DNA of 64,000 nucleotides from Malacoraja senta (GCA_038087875.1 JAXLNO010000556.1:62001-126000), one strand, 5' to 3'; counted from the first letter of the stretch, positions 23,597 through 37,766 are shown. Notes: generated by a model not told the origin, from the letters alone. A program made the numbers and translations.

Positions 23597-25270
23597 GGTC
23601 ATAAAGTCATCAGAGATAGGAGTAGAATTAGGCCATTTGGCCCATCAAGTCTACTCCGCCAGTCAATCATTGCTGATCTATCTCTCCCCCCTAACACCAT
23701 TCTCCTGCCTTCTTTCCATAACTCCTGACATCCGTACTAATCAATAATATATCGACCTCTTCCGTAAAACAGCCTCTGTGGCAAATAATTCCACAGATTC
23801 ACCTCCCTCTGACTAAAGGAATTCCTCCTCATCTCCTTCCAACATGAATATCCTTTAATTCTGAGGCTATGCCCTCTAGTAGTCGACTCAACCACTAGTG
23901 GAAACATATTCTCCACATCCACACTATCAAAGCCTTTCACTATTCTGTACGTTTCAATGTGGTCCCGCCTCATTCTTCTAAACTCCAGCAAGTACAGGCC
24001 CAGTGCCGACAAACGCTCATCATAGATTAACCTACTCATTCCTGTGATCATTCTTGTAAACCTCCTCTGGACCCTCTCCAGAGCCAGCATATCCTTCCTC
24101 AGATATGGTGTCCAAAATTGCTCAAATAGTGATGGGGACTCTGCTGTTTCTGCGGCCATGGGCGAGACTACAGTACGGTGTGTTGCCTATCTGGTGCCAG
24201 ATCTGAGCGGACACAGGACATTAGGTACTTTTCATAATGGCAGATAGTGACTTGCGGAGTGCCGCAAGGCTCAGTGCTGGGACCCCAGTTATTGATAATA
24301 TATATTAACAATGTAGGAAAGGAATTAAATGTAACATCTCCGTTTGTATATGACACAAAGCTGGGTGGTAGTGTGTGCTGCGAGGAGGATGCTATGAGGC
24401 TGCAGGTTGACGGGTAGGTTGGGTGAGTGGGCAGATGCATGGAAGATTCAGTATAATGTGGATAAATGTGAGGTTATCCACTTTGATGGCAAGCACAAGA
24501 AGGTAGATTATTATCTGAACGGTATCAGGTTAGGAAAAGGATAGGTACAACGAGACCTGGGTATCCTTGTACATCAGCCACTGAAAGTAAGCATACAGGT
24601 ACAGCAGGCAGAGAAGAAAGCTAATGGCATGTTTGCCTTCATAGCGAGATGATTTGAATATAGGAGTAGGCAAGTCCTACTGCAGAATACAGGGCCCTGG
24701 TGAGAACACGCCAGGAGTATTGAGGGCGTTATGGTCTCCTAATTTGAGGACGGACATTCTTGCTATTGAGGGAGTGCAGCGTAGGTTCATCAGGTTAATT
24801 CCCGTGATGGCGAGACTGACATATGATGCAATAATGGATCGACTGGGCTTCTATTCACTGGAATTTAGGACAAAAGGGAATACGAAAGATACATATATGT
24901 TTCTTAAGGGATTGCACAGGCTTGATGCATGAAACGTGTTACCGATGTTGGGGAAGTCCAGAACCAGGTCACAGTTTAAGAATAAGGGGAACGCAATTCA
25001 GGACTGAGGTGAGGAACCCCTTTTTCACCCGGAGAGCTGTGAATCTGTGGAATTCTCTGGCACAGAAGGTAGTGGAGGCCAATTCGCCAGATGTTATCAA
25101 GAGAGTGTTAGATAAAGCTCTTAGGGCTAACGGAATCAAGGGAGATGGGGAGAAAGAAAGAATGGGGTATTGATTTTGGATGATCAGCCATGATCATATT
25201 GAAAAGCGGTGCTGGCTCAAGGGCCGAATGACCTTGTCCTGCGCCTATATTCTGTGTTTCTATGTTTCTA
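23597..25270. mobile_element. Two CR1/HER1 3' fragments (23597-24125 minus; ~24216-25270 plus)
   Basis: LERVQRRFTRMI, IEGVQRRF and VNLWNSL motifs; microsatellite tails. Confidence 0.85.
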
Positions 25271-25318
25271 TTCTGAAAGGGGGAGGTGAGCAGCCCATAG
25301 TCCATATTTCTAGCAATG

Positions 25319-26178
25319 ACAAGATACAAGATACAAGATACAAGATACATTTATTTGTCACATGTGCCAGATGGCACAGTGAAATGTGATCACCATACAG
25401 CCATACACTAAAATAAAGAACACAACACACGATAGATTTAAACATAAACATCCCCACACAGTATAATCAAAAGTTTCCCACTGTGAGGGAAGGCACCAAA
25501 GTCAGTCTCTTCCTCGATGTTCACCCGTGGTAGGGGCCTCTGGAGCCCTCCGCAGTCGCCGCTGCGGGCAGCCCGCCGTTCAGGCCCGCTCGCCGGGATG
25601 TTGGCTCTCCGACGTCGGGACTGGAAGCCAACCTCAGAGGCTTGGACCTCGAAAACGGCCGCTTCCCACCGGAGACCGCAGCACCCCATGTCCCCAAGCC
25701 GCGCCGGGCGGAGACTCCCGCTGGCGGCCCTCGGCACAGGGCCCCAGGACTCCGCGATGTCGGTCAGCGCCGCCCGCGCTGGGAGCTCCGTGAACCACAG
25801 CCCCGCGATGCTGGGGCAGCGGGAGCTCCAAACGGCGATCCAAGTAGTTATCGCCCGCTCCGCGGTGAAACCAGCGCCGCGCCGCCGCCGCTGCCGAAGC
25901 TCTGGTCCGGTCCCCGGTCTCCGGTAGGAAAGGCCGCTCCGATCCAGCTGGTAGGCCGTGAGGTGAGGGGGGCGACGACGCGACTCGGAGAAATAGTCGC
26001 ATCCTCACCAGGAAGCGACTGGGAAGCGGTTTCCCCCTTACCCCTCCCCCCTCCCCCAAATAGAAAAACGAAAGAATCCCCAAATCAAAACTGTTAGACA
26101 AACTAAAATAAAAAAGATAGGAAAAAACGGACAGGCTGTATGTAGGTAGAGGCGCCTTCAATGCAGCGCCCCTAGTGG
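25319..26178 (-). mobile_element. GC-rich non-autonomous retroelement E3, (TATCTTG)n tail
   Basis: Head CCACTAGGGGCGCTGC; same architecture as E1/E2. Confidence 0.72.
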
Positions 26179-27427
26179 CTCTGTGGGAGATGAGGCAGGG
26201 AGTGAGACAGGTGGTTAATAAGTAACTCCAGTCTTATAATCTCACTCTGTGTAAGAAGGAACTGCAGATGCTGGTTTAAACCGAAGGTAGACACAAAATG
26301 CTGGAGTAACTCAGCGGGACAAACCCCTTCGTCAGACTGACAGTCAGGGGAGAGGGAGACACGGAGATAAGGGATCGCACCTCTTGTGCCCCGTGTTCAA
26401 GATGCAAGTAAGAGGAAGACAGTGCAGATCAGTGGGTGACTCAGGAGCTGGTGCAGGGGTGGGAGCTTCAGACATAGAGTCATACAGCATGGGAACAGGC
26501 CCTCTGGCCCAACTTGTCCACGCCCATGCCTCATACACTCGTAGTACCAGCCTGTGTTCGACCCATATCCCTGTAAACATGAATTGCACATGAATGTTAA
26601 ATGTTACCACAGACTGCATCTTTGGAACTGATGTGTTACAATGCTGAGAGATACATTCTGCAATCTGTATCTTGCACTTTACTCCACATATTGTCCTTGA
26701 GATTGACTTGATTATAATAAGGTCATAATAATAGGAGTAGAATTAGGCCTTTCGGCCCAGCAAGTCATTCTTCTGCCTTCCCTCATATCCTCTGACATCT
26801 GCGCTAATCAAGAATCCTTCTATCCCTGCCTTAAATATATCCACTGACGGCCTCCACAGCCTTCTGTGGCAAAAGAAAACCATAGATTCACCACCCTCTG
26901 ACTAAATTAATTTATTCTCAACACATTCCCAAATGAACGATCTTTTAATTTTGAGGCTATGACATCTAGTCCTAAACTCTTCCACTACTGGAAACAACCC
27001 TCCCCATCCACTCTATCCAAATCGTTCATTATTCTGTACGTTTCAATGTGGTCCCCACTTATTCATCTATACTCCAACGAGTACAGGCCCAGCGCCGATA
27101 AACACTGATCATATTTAACCTACTCATTCCTGGGATCATTCTTGTAAACCTCCTCTGAACCCTCTCCAGAGCCAGCACATCCTTCCTCAGATATGGTGCC
27201 CAAAATTGCTCACAATATTCAAATGCGTCCTGACCAGAGCCTGATAGACCCTTAACGTTATATCCCTTTTTGTATACATGCTCTCTTGAAAAAAAAGCTA
27301 GCATTGAGTTTGCTTGTATGGACTTATCTGAGTATATAGCATGCAAAGTAAAGCTTGACACTGTACCTCGGTACATGGGCAGAGTATTAAATAAGAAAGG
27401 TGCATTCATTCTGACCGGATTCTGTAG

Positions 27428-27478
27428 GTTTCCCAAAAGCCAGCTGAGGAACAGCAGAGGAACTGTGACAAGTCTCAG
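27428..27478 (+). other. Candidate 51-nt exon, copy 1 (VSQKPAEEQQRNCDKSQ)
   Basis: ctgac branch-like site, ttctgtag acceptor, CAG|gtgat donor; identical to 40043-40093. Confidence 0.5.
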
Positions 27479-27514
27479 GTGATCCTTTGCTATGTCATGA
27501 GCTCAGTAAATGAT

Positions 27515-27985
27515 GGAATCTAAATGATAGACTCTTTTACATCGGCGAGACTAAACGTTGACTGGGCGATCGTTTTGCTGAACACCATCGCCCAGTCTGC
27601 CTGGACCTACCTGCTGTCACGGTTGCTAAACTATTTAATTATCCTTCCAATTCCCACACTGACCTTTCTGTCCAAGGTCTCCTCCATTGTCAGAGTGGGG
27701 TTAAACGAAAATTTGAGGAGCCCAGTGGTATGAACATTGATTTCAATAACTTCAAGTGACCCTTGCCTTCCCTCTCTCTCTATCCCTCCCCCACCCAAGT
27801 CGCACCAGCTTCACCCAACATGCAGCTAACAATGGCCAGTTTCCTTTATCATCGTTACTTTTGACATAACTTTAGTTCATTGTTCTTTATCTCTCTAAAA
27901 CATCGTCTATATCTCTCTCTTTTCTTATCCAAACCAGTCTGAAGAAGCGTCTAGACCCGAAACGCCACCCATTCCTTCTCTCCCA
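27515..27985 (+). mobile_element. Penelope-like element 3' fragment
   Basis: GIY-YIG relic YIGETKR*LGDRFAEH; GAAGAAG..CCCGAAACG end motif. Confidence 0.75.
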
Positions 27986-28599
27986 ACATCTGTAACATTT
28001 GTCCTGCATCTACCCAGTCCAATCCTCGAAGAATTTTATATGTTTCTACAAGAACCCCTCTCATCCTTATAAATCCCAGCGAATACAAGCCCAGTCGACC
28101 GATTCTTTTATCATATATCAGACCCGCCATCCCGCCAAACCTGGCGAACCTACGCTGCACTCCCTCTATAGCAAGAATGTATTTCCTCAAATTAGGAGAC
28201 CAACATTGTACGCAATACTCCAGGTGCGATCTCACCAGGGCCCTGTACAACTGCAGTAGGGCCTTCTTGCTCCTAAACTGAAAGCCTCAGTCAGAATATT
28301 GTGTAGAGGTTGGGACGTCATCGTACAGTTGTATAAGACGTTGATGAAAGTACATTTAAAGTATTGTGTTCAGTTTTGGTCACCGTGCAAATATGTTGTC
28401 AAACTGGAAAGGATGCAGAGAAGATAAACGAGGCTGTTGCTAGGATACGAGGGTCTGAGCTATAGAGGGAGATTGGGCAGGCCAGGACATTATTCCTTGG
28501 AGCGCAGGAGGGGGAGGTGTGAATTATAGAGATGTACAAAATCATGAGAGGAATAGATCAGGTAAATACACAGTTAGACGAGGGAATTAAATCACGAGT

Positions 28600-30637
28600 T
28601 AGATGAGGGAACTATGTAAATTAAGATTTAGACCAGGGAATTAAATGTAATATCCCTACGTTTGCGGATGACACATACTATAGCTGTGTGGCAGTATGAG
28701 CTGCGAGGAGGATGCTATGATGCTGCAGGGTGGATAGGTTGGGTGATTGGGCTGAAGCATGGCAGGTGCAGTATAATGTGGATAAATGTGAGGTGTTTCC
28801 ACTTTGGTGGCAGGAATAGGAAGGCAGATTATAATCTGAATGGTGTCAGATTAGGACAAGCGGAGGTGCAACGAGACCTGGGTGTGTTTATACATCAGTC
28901 ACTGAAAGTAAGCATGCAGGTACAGCAGGCAGTAAAGAAAGCCAATGGCATGTGGGCATTCATTGCGAGAGGATTTGAGTTTAGAAACAAGGAGGTCCTA
29001 CTGCATTTGTACAGGGTCCTGGTGAGACCACACCTGGAGTATTGCGTGCAATTTTGGTCTCCTAATTTGAGGAAGGACATTATTTCCATTGAGGGAATGC
29101 AGTGTAGATTCACGAGATTAATTCCCGGGATGGTGGGACTGACGTATAATTAAATAACGGGTCGACTGGGCTTGTATTCGCTGGAATTTTGAAGGATGAG
29201 AGGATATTTTAAAGTAACATGTACAATTCTTATAGGATTATACAGGGTAGATGATGGAAATATGTTCCCGCTGTTGGGGGAGTCCAGAACCAGGGGTCAC
29301 AGTTTAAGAATTAGGACTGAGACGAGTAAAGACATTTTAACCCCGAGAGATGTGAATCTGTGGAATTCTCTGCCACAGAAAGCAGTGGAGCTCAAACCAC
29401 TGGATGTTTTCAAGATTGAGTTAGATTTAGCTCTTAGGGCTAAGGGAATTAAGGATATGGGGAAAAAGCATGAACGGGTACTGATTATGGATGATCAGCC
29501 ACGATAGTATTGAATGGCCGTTCTGGCTCAAAGGGCCGAATGGCCTACTCCTGCATCTATTTTCCATGGTTCTTTATTTCTATCTTTCTAGTCAGGAAAA
29601 ATTAGGTAAGCTGTTGATACTGAATGCAGATAGATCCCCAGGTCCTAATGGCCTGCATCACAGAGCACTCAGGCAGGTGGCCCTGGAAAACGTGAATGTA
29701 TTGGTGATCATTGTGCAATGTTCTATAGACTCTGGATCAGTTCCCTTGGACTGGAGGGGAGCTAATGTAACGCCACAGTTTACGAAAGGAGGGAGAGAGA
29801 AAACAGGGCATCATAGACAGTTAGCCGGACATCGGTAGTGGGGAACATGTTGAGTCCCCCCTCCCTCACCCCCTCCCTCTCCCCACTACCTCTCCCCCTC
29901 ATCTCCCTCTCCCCTCCCTCTCCCCCTCCCTCTCCCCCTCCCTCTCCCTTCCCTCCCCCTCCCCATCCCTCTCCCTCACCCCTCCCGCTCCCCTCTCTCC
30001 CCTCCTCTTCCCCTCCCCTCCCTCTCCCCCTCCGTCACCTCTCCCCTCTCTCTCCCCCTCCATCTCCCCCTCCCCTCCCTCTCCCACTCCCATTCCCCTC
30101 CCTCTCCCACTCCCTCTCCCCCTCACTCTCCCTCTCCCCTCCCTCTGCCCCCCTCCCTCTCCCTCCCTCTCCCCGTCCCTCTGCCCCTCCCCCTCCCCTC
30201 CCTCCCCCTCCCTCTCCCCACTCCCTCTTCCTCTTCCTCTCCCTGTCTCAGCCCCTCCCTCTTCCTATCCTTCTCCGCCTTCGCCTCCACCCTCCTCTCT
30301 CCCACCCTACCTCCCTCCTGCAACCCCTCTCTCTCTGACCGTGCCCCTCCTCCGCTCTCCCCCGCCACTTCCTCCCACCCACTGCCGTAACTCACGCCCG
30401 CCACCTGCCACTCCTGCCCCACACTCTGACCACCTCTCTGCTCTTCCGTATCCCCCTCCCTCTACCTGTCCCTCCTCCCATTCCCTCTCCCTCCACCTCC
30501 CTCTCACCCACCCCTTCCCGCTGCCCCATCCTCTCGCACTCCCTTACCGCCTCAGTCCCTCCCTCACCCCTCCCTCTGCCCCTCCCCCTTCACCTCCCAC
30601 GCTCTCCCCTTCTAGCTGCAACTCCCCGTCGCTCTCT
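28600..30637 (+). repeat. CR1 fragments plus C/T tract (29855-30637); paralog of 34675-36600
   Basis: The tract starts right after GTAGTGGG..TTGAGTC in both copies, and both share the internal word CCCACTGCCGT. Confidence 0.75.
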
Positions 30638-30942
30638 CTTGGAAACATCCAGTGAGTTGGCCTCCACTGCCTTCTGCGGCAGCCGAGAATTCCACAGCTT
30701 CACAACTCTCGGGGTGAAAAGGTTTTTCCTCATCTCGGTCCTAAGTGGTCTGCCCCTTATTCTTAATCCATGACCCCCTGTTTCTGGCCTCCCCCAACAT
30801 CGGCAACATATTTACTGCATCTAGCCTGTCCAATCTCTTAAGAATTTTATATGTTTCCAAAAGATCCACTCTCATCGTCTAATTTCTAGTCCAGTCGATC
30901 CATTCTTTCATCACTTGTCAATCAAGCCATCCCGGGAATTAA

Positions 30943-31888
30943 GTCAAGTCAAGTCAAGTCACTTTTATTTCTATAGCCCATTTAAAAAACAACTCTCGTT
31001 GGCCAAAGTGCTTTACATTGGTGGAGGTACTAACGTTATACAACAGTGGTTCATAGATTAAATACAAACATCACTACATACCTATAGCCCTCGCTCGGAG
31101 AATGTCAAGAAAGGCTTGGGAGTACAGATGAGTTTTAAGTCTCGACTTAAAGGAGTCGATGGAGGGGGCAGTTCTGATGAGAAGAGGGATGTTGTTCCAC
31201 AGTCTAGGAGCTGCAATCGCAAAGGCGCGGTCGCCCCTGAGCTTATGCCCAGACCGCGGGATGTTCAGTAACCCCAAGTCGGCAGATCTGAGGGACCTGG
31301 ATGTGGTGTGGTGGGTGAGCAGACTTTTGATGTAGGTGGGGGAAAGCCCATTAAGCCCATTGTAGACATAAAGGATGATCTTGAAATTGATGCGGAACCG
31401 CACAGGCAGCCAGTGGAGCGAGGCCAGGATCGGGGTGATGCGGTCCCTTCTTCGGGTGCCCGTCGGGAGTCTCGCTGAGGCGTTTTGGACCAGTTGCGGG
31501 TGGGACAGGGAAGATTGGCTGATGCCAGTGCAGAGGGAGTTGCAGTAATCTAGGCGGGATGAGATAAATGTGTGGATGATCTTTTCGAGGTCATCAAACT
31601 GGAGGAATTGTTTTATTTTAACTATCGTCCAAAGCTGAAAGAAGCTAGCTTTTACCACGGCATTGACTTGTTTGTCAAATTTCAATGCTGAGTCAAATAT
31701 CACGCTTTGGTTTTTGACGTGAGATTTGAGTAGTGGGGTAAGGCTTCCAAGGCTGCCTGCTGTCATTTTGATTGTGTCCAAGGGACCGAGAAGGATGACC
31801 TCAGACTTACTCTCGTTTAGTTGGAGGAAGTTCTGGGCCATCCAGCACTTTATATCCTCGAGGCAGCGGATAAGGTTAAGCAGATTTG
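30943..31888 (-). mobile_element. 5'-truncated L2 LINE in a CR1 fragment
   Basis: WMAQNFLQLNESKSE, SRLDYCNSL, LHWLPV, AAPRLWN motifs; (GACTT)n tail; ATTAA TSD. Confidence 0.92.
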
Positions 31889-32621
31889 ATTAACCTGGTG
31901 ACCCTACGCTGCACTCCCTCAATAGCAGGAATTGCTGTGTTAGGAATTGTCGTACGTTAGACTCCTATCTATCCGCTATGGCTCTGCCTTCAACACCATA
32001 ATCCCATCCAAACTGATCTCCAAGCTGCTGGACCTAGGAATCAGCTCACCCTCTGCCACTGGATCTAAAACTTTCTGACCCTTCCAATTGGTGAAGATAG
32101 GTGACACCTGTACAATTTAAGAATCTATCCATCTCTGCCTTAGTAATAGCCACTGACTTGGCCTCTATTGTGGCAAAGAATTCCACAAATTCACCACCCT
32201 TTGAGTAAAGATATTTCTCAGATATTTTAGAGAGTTAAGAGAGAGTTAGGATTTTTAAGGATTTAAGAGAGTGTTAGAGCTCTCGGGGCTAGTGGAGTCA
32301 AGGGATATGGGGAGAAGGCAGGCACGGGTTATTGATAGGGGACGATCAGCCATGATCACAATCAATGGCGGTGCTGGCTCGAAGGGCCGAATGGCCTCCT
32401 GCACCTATTTTCTATGTTTCTATGTTTCTATGTTTCCCAAAAACGGCATTTTATTCTGAGCCTATGGCCTCTAGTGCTAAACTCTCCCACTAGTGGAAAC
32501 ATCCTCTCCACATCCACTCCATCCAAGTCTTTCTCAATTCTCTATGTTTCAATGAGGTCCCCCCTCATTCTTCTAAACTCCAGTGAGTACAGGCCCAGTG
32601 CCGTCAAACACTCATCATGGG

Positions 32622-34259
32622 TGTCGAAGACAAACCCTTCAATAAGACTCGTGGATGACTTGATTAACCGGCAGCAGTGAGTTTATTTTACTTGCACAAG
32701 GAGAGAAGTGTCACAGTGAAGGGCTGTGACCCCAACTCTAAAATTAAGTTGCTACAGCAGAGCATTTTCCACCAAAAAGATAATTAGTAAGGAAGTACAA
32801 GGGTGAAGTAGATTATGTAAATTACAGAATCTATACTTTACTTTTACATTACACAAAGGTCGAGACTTCTTGGCTCCGTACATAACCGGGTACAGAAGGT
32901 AAGCATAATTAATATGTTAATAATTCTGATACTACATCGCAACCTGGCCCAACTGGATACATGGATAATGAAGGCACATGTGCGCAATAGTGGTTTCCTG
33001 CTGGTGGTTTCTGAGTGCCGCAATGAGCTAAGGTCAGGACAATGAGTATGTTAACTGACGGTACACAAAAATGCTGGAGGAACTCAGCGGGTGAGGCAGC
33101 ATCTATGGAGTGAAGGAAATAGGCGAGCTTCTTCACACTGATGTGGGTGTGGGGGGTGGAGAAAGGAAGAGACGGAGACAATGGGCTGTGGGAGAGCTGG
33201 AAGGGGAGGGGAAGGAGGGAGAAAGCAAGGACTACCTGAAATTGGAGAATTCAATGTTCATACTGCTGGGGTGTAAACTACCCAAGCGAAATATGAGGAC
33301 ATTCTCCTCTAATTTACGGTGTGACTCAATTTGGCCATGGAGGAGGCCCAGGACAGAAAGTCGGAGACGGAATGGGAGGGGGGGTTGAAATGCTGATCTA
33401 CCGGGAGATCATGTTGATTATTGCGAACCGAGCGGAGGTGTTGGGCGAAGCGATCATCAAGCCTACGCTTGGTCTCACAGATGTAGATCATCTGACACCA
33501 AGAGCAGCGGATGCTATAGTTGAGGTTGGAGGAGGCGCAGGTGAACCTCTGCCTCACCTGGAAACACTGCTTGGGTCCTTGGATGGAGTCAGGGGGGAGG
33601 AAAAGCGACAAGTGTAGCATTTCCTGCGGTTGCAAGGGAAAGTGCCAGGAGATGGGGTGGCTTGGGTGGGAAGGGACGAATTGACCAGGGAGTTATGGAG
33701 GGAGCGGTCTCTGTGGAATGCCGAAAGGTGAGGAGATGGGAAGATGAGGCCAGTGGTGGGTTCCCGTTGGAGTTGGCGAAAATGTTGGAGGATAATTTGT
33801 TGCATGTGACGGCTGGTGTGGAGGAAGGTGAGGACAATGGGAACTCTGCCCTTGTTATAAGTGGAGGGATAGGGAGTTAGAGCAGAGTTACGGCATATAG
33901 AAGAGACCCTGGTGAGAGCCTCATCCATAGTCGAAGAGGGGAACCCCCGTTCCCTAAAGAATGAGGACATCTCAGTTGCTCTGGTTTGGAACACCTCATC
34001 CTTGGTGCAGATGCAACTGACGGTATTAGCTGGCATCTTTGGAGTTTGGCGCGCAACGGAACACTAAGGTGAGGGAACGATGTATTAATGGTTTTTGCGT
34101 CAGGGTCGGGCGTAGTGGAGATAGCGATGGGTATTGGAACTCGCTGCAGAACCCAAGAGATGCAGCAGAGGGCGCAGCAGTGATGGAAATGGTCTTGTGA
34201 CATGGAAGGCGCTCGCTGGTGACTATTAAATGTATTTAATGAATAAAGCACCTTCAACA
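32622..34259. mobile_element. Candidate solo LTR (~680 bp once the Penelope insert is removed)
   Basis: Termini TGTCGAAG...CTTCAACA (7/8 inverted). It cuts a CR1 fragment. No TSD seen. Confidence 0.4.
33064..34014 (-). mobile_element. Penelope-like retroelement fragment (RT C-terminus + GIY-YIG)
   Basis: FPCNRRKCYTC, FTCASSN, YICETKRRLDDRFAQH motifs; TSD AACTGACGGTA at 33053-33063 and 34015-34025. Confidence 0.9.
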
Positions 34260-34674
34260 GTTTTGAGACTGCCACAGATCCCAAGATATCTTTATACTGC
34301 AATTATGTTAAGGGTTATGCCATTAATTGTGTATTTTGCGCTTACTTTTCAACTGCTAAAGTGCATCATCTCACACTTGCTCAGACTAAACACCTTCTGC
34401 TATTTCCACCCCCACCACCCCATTTCTGACCCTGGTTTGGATCTGATTGATTACTGCTCAAACACCTCATCAGTGGTTATCTCGCGTAGGTCGCAATGAG
34501 TAGAGTACCGAATACATTTTGGAGTGGGCCCTTTTGACCAGGTTGAGGAGGTCTAGTTGCTCAATCGCCATTTTGACCCTAATCCCCATATCACTGTTTT
34601 CTGAGACAGCCTCCATCACATTACACAGTCCCAGTAAACAAGTACTTTAGTTCTGTCTTCATTAAGGAATAAAG

Positions 34675-37600
34675 CCTTCATTGCGAGAGGATATGAGTTT
34701 AGGAGCAAGGAGGTTCTACTGCAGTGGTACAGGACCCTGGTGAGACCGCACCTGGAGCACTTTGTGCAATTTTGGTCTCCTAATTTGGGGAAGGGCATTC
34801 TTGCTATTGAGGGAGTGCAGCGAGGGTTCACGAGATTAATTCCCGCGATGGCGGGACTGACATGTGATGAAAGAATGGATCTTGTATTCGCTGGAATTTA
34901 GATGAGAACGGATCTTACACTGTAGAAACATAAAACATTCTTAGAGGATTGGACAGGCTAGACGCTGAAAAAATGTTCCCGATGATGGGGGATTCCAGAA
35001 CCAGGGGTCACAGATTACGAATAAGGGGGAGGCCATTAGGACCGTGATGAGGAACAACCTTTTCACCCAGAGAGTTGTGAATCTGTGGAATTGTCTGCTA
35101 TAGAGGGCAGTGGAGACCAATTCACTGGATGTTTTCAAGACAGAATTAGATTTAGCTCTTAGGGCTAAGGTAATCAAGGGATATGGGGAAAAGCCTGAAC
35201 GGGAGACTGATTGAGTTGGATCAGCCATGATCATATTGAATGGCGATGCTGGCTCGAAGGGCCGAATGCCCTACTGCTGCACCCATTTATTTCTATAATT
35301 CTATGTTTCTATCTCTAAAAGCACAAACAAACTCCCCAAAAAGCTAGGGGGACCGAGGATCTAGCGGGAGGGAGGAAGTGAAGATCATCCACATTAGTCA
35401 GGAAATGGTGTTAGGAAAACTGTTGGGAATAAAGACAGATATAACCGCAGGGTCGAATTGTTTGCATGCCATAATATTCCATGATGTGGTGCAAGAAATC
35501 GTGGATAATTGGTCATCATTTTCCTATGTTCTTTTGACTGCATCACTTCCCGTGGGCTGGAGGGTAGCGAATGCAACGCCACTGTTTATGAAAGGAGGGA
35601 GAAAGAAAACAGGGCATCATAGACTGACATCCGTAGTGGGAAGATTCTTGAGTCCTGCTACCTCTCCCCCCTCCCTCTCCCCCCTCCCTCTCCCCCTCCT
35701 TGTCCCCCTCCCTCTCCCCCTTCCCTCTCGCCCTCCCTTTCCAACTCCCTCTCCCCATCCCTCTACCCCCTTCCTCTCCCCCTCCCACTCTCACTCCCTC
35801 TCCCCGTCCCTCTCCCCCTCGCTCTCCCCTCCCTCTCCCCTCCCCACCGTCCTTCCCCAACCCTCTCCCTCTCCGCCTCCCCCTCCCTCGCCCCGCTCAC
35901 TCTCCCCCTCCCCCTCCCTCTCCCCCTCTCCCTCTCCCTCTCCTCCTTCCCTCTCCCCCTCCCTCTCCTCCCTGCCTCTCCCCGTCCCTCTCCCCCTCCC
36001 TCTCACCCACCCTTTCCCCTCCCTCTCCCCCTCCCCAACCCTCTACCCCCTCCCTCTCACCCTCCCTCTCCCCTCCCTCTCCCTCTTCCCTCTCCTCTTT
36101 CCCTTTCCCCAATCCCTCTCCCCCCTCCCTCTCCCCCTCCCCTGCCTAGCTATCCCTCTGTCACTCGCTCCACTCTATCCACCTATTCACATCATTCGAC
36201 TCCACCTTCACCCCCCTCCCCTGCACCTCTCACACTCCGCCTCTCCCTCCGTCTCCCCTTCCTTTCCCCTTGGAAAAATCTATTTCTCACCCCTCCCGCT
36301 ACTCTCCCCTTCCCCATCCCCCTCCCGCTCCCTGTCCATCTCCCCCTCTCACAACTTCCCACCCCTTCCCTCCCTCTCCCCTCCCTCCTCCTCTCCCCTC
36401 TCTCCCACCTCCCTCCCTCTTCCTCTCCCTGTCCCCCTACCTCCCTCCCGAACTGCTCTGCCTCTGACCCCCCCCCCTCGCTCTCCTCCTACGAATCCCT
36501 CCCACCCACTGCCGTCCCTCAGGTCCGACCTGTGTCCATCCCAATCCCTACGCCCCTCCTTCTGACCCACACTCAAACTACCCTTCTGCCACTCCATCAT
36601 CCCCGTCCTCACACACTCTCCATCATTCGCTCCTCACCCTCCCTCTACCCCCGCCACCTCCCCTCCCCATCTACTCCTCTCTCGCTCTCCTTCCCCCTCC
36701 CCTGTCTAACCCATTCCTCTCGCACTCCCTCAACTCTCACCCACTCCTTACCACTGACTCTCGCCTCCCCATCCCTCTGCACTTCCCTCACTCCCACACT
36801 CACACCCACACTCACCCCCACACTCACCCCCTCCCTCACCCCCACCCTCACATCCGCACTCACCCCCTCCCTCACCCCCACACTCACCCCCACACTCACC
36901 CCCTCCATCACCCCACACTCACCCCCACAATCATCCCCTCCCTCACGCCCACACTCACCCCCACACTCACTCCCACACTCACCTCCACACTCACCCACTC
37001 CCTCATCCCTCCCTCACCCCACTCCTGCCCCTCCCTCTCCCCCTCCCACCCACTCCCATTCACCCTACCCTCTCCACTACTCTTGAACACCTCACCCACT
37101 CCCAATCAAACTCCCCTTCAACCTCTCATTGCCATTCCTCCTGCCTCTCCCCTGCCCCTCCGTCTCCCGCTCCCTCACGCTCACCAGCTCCACCTCCCCT
37201 CCTGATCCGACTCTCTCCTCTCCCTCTTCCACACCCTGTTCCCCTGCTGCTGTTCCATACCTCCCAATCATCCCACCACTTCCCCCTCGCATCTCCTCCA
37301 CCCCATTCCTCTCTTGCTTCCTCTCCCACACCCACCCTCGTCTACCCCTCTCTCACTCTGTCTCTCTCGCCCTCCCTCAGTCGCCTCCCACTCCCCATAC
37401 CCCAATCCCTTCCTCTGCCTCTCGCTCTGTCCCTCCGTGACCCCTCCATCACCTACTCACACACCACTGCCTCCTTCTGCCCCTCCCTCAGCACCATTCA
37501 CCCCCTCTCTCTCTCTCTGCACCTCCATCTGGCCATCACATCACCCCTCCCCCCCTCCCTGCAGCTTACCCTCCCTCTCCCTCCACCAACTCCCCCTCCC

Positions 37601-37766
37601 CTCCTTCTCAACCCCCTCCATGTCCCCCTCCCTGCACCTCCCTCTCCCTCTCCATCCACCAAATCCCCCTCCTCCTCAACACCCTCCTTGTCCGCCTCCC
37701 TGCACCTCCCTCTCCCTCCACTCCACCAACTCCCCCCTCCTGCTCAACCCCCTCCCTGTCCCCCTC
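34675..37766 (+). repeat. CR1 fragments plus 2.1-kb C/T tract (35655-37766) with a 12-bp CACACTCACCCC minisatellite at ~36790-37000
   Basis: Direct reading; CR1 motifs LVRPHLEH and VVNLWNCL. Confidence 0.85.

Larger units (their letters stand above)
25270..28575 (+). repeat. Segmental duplicate A1 (paralog of 38435-40900), with copy-specific insertions
   Basis: Collinear blocks: 26200-26700 vs 39355-39920, 27330-27514 vs 39940-40129, 28290-28575 vs 40615-40897. Confidence 0.88.
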
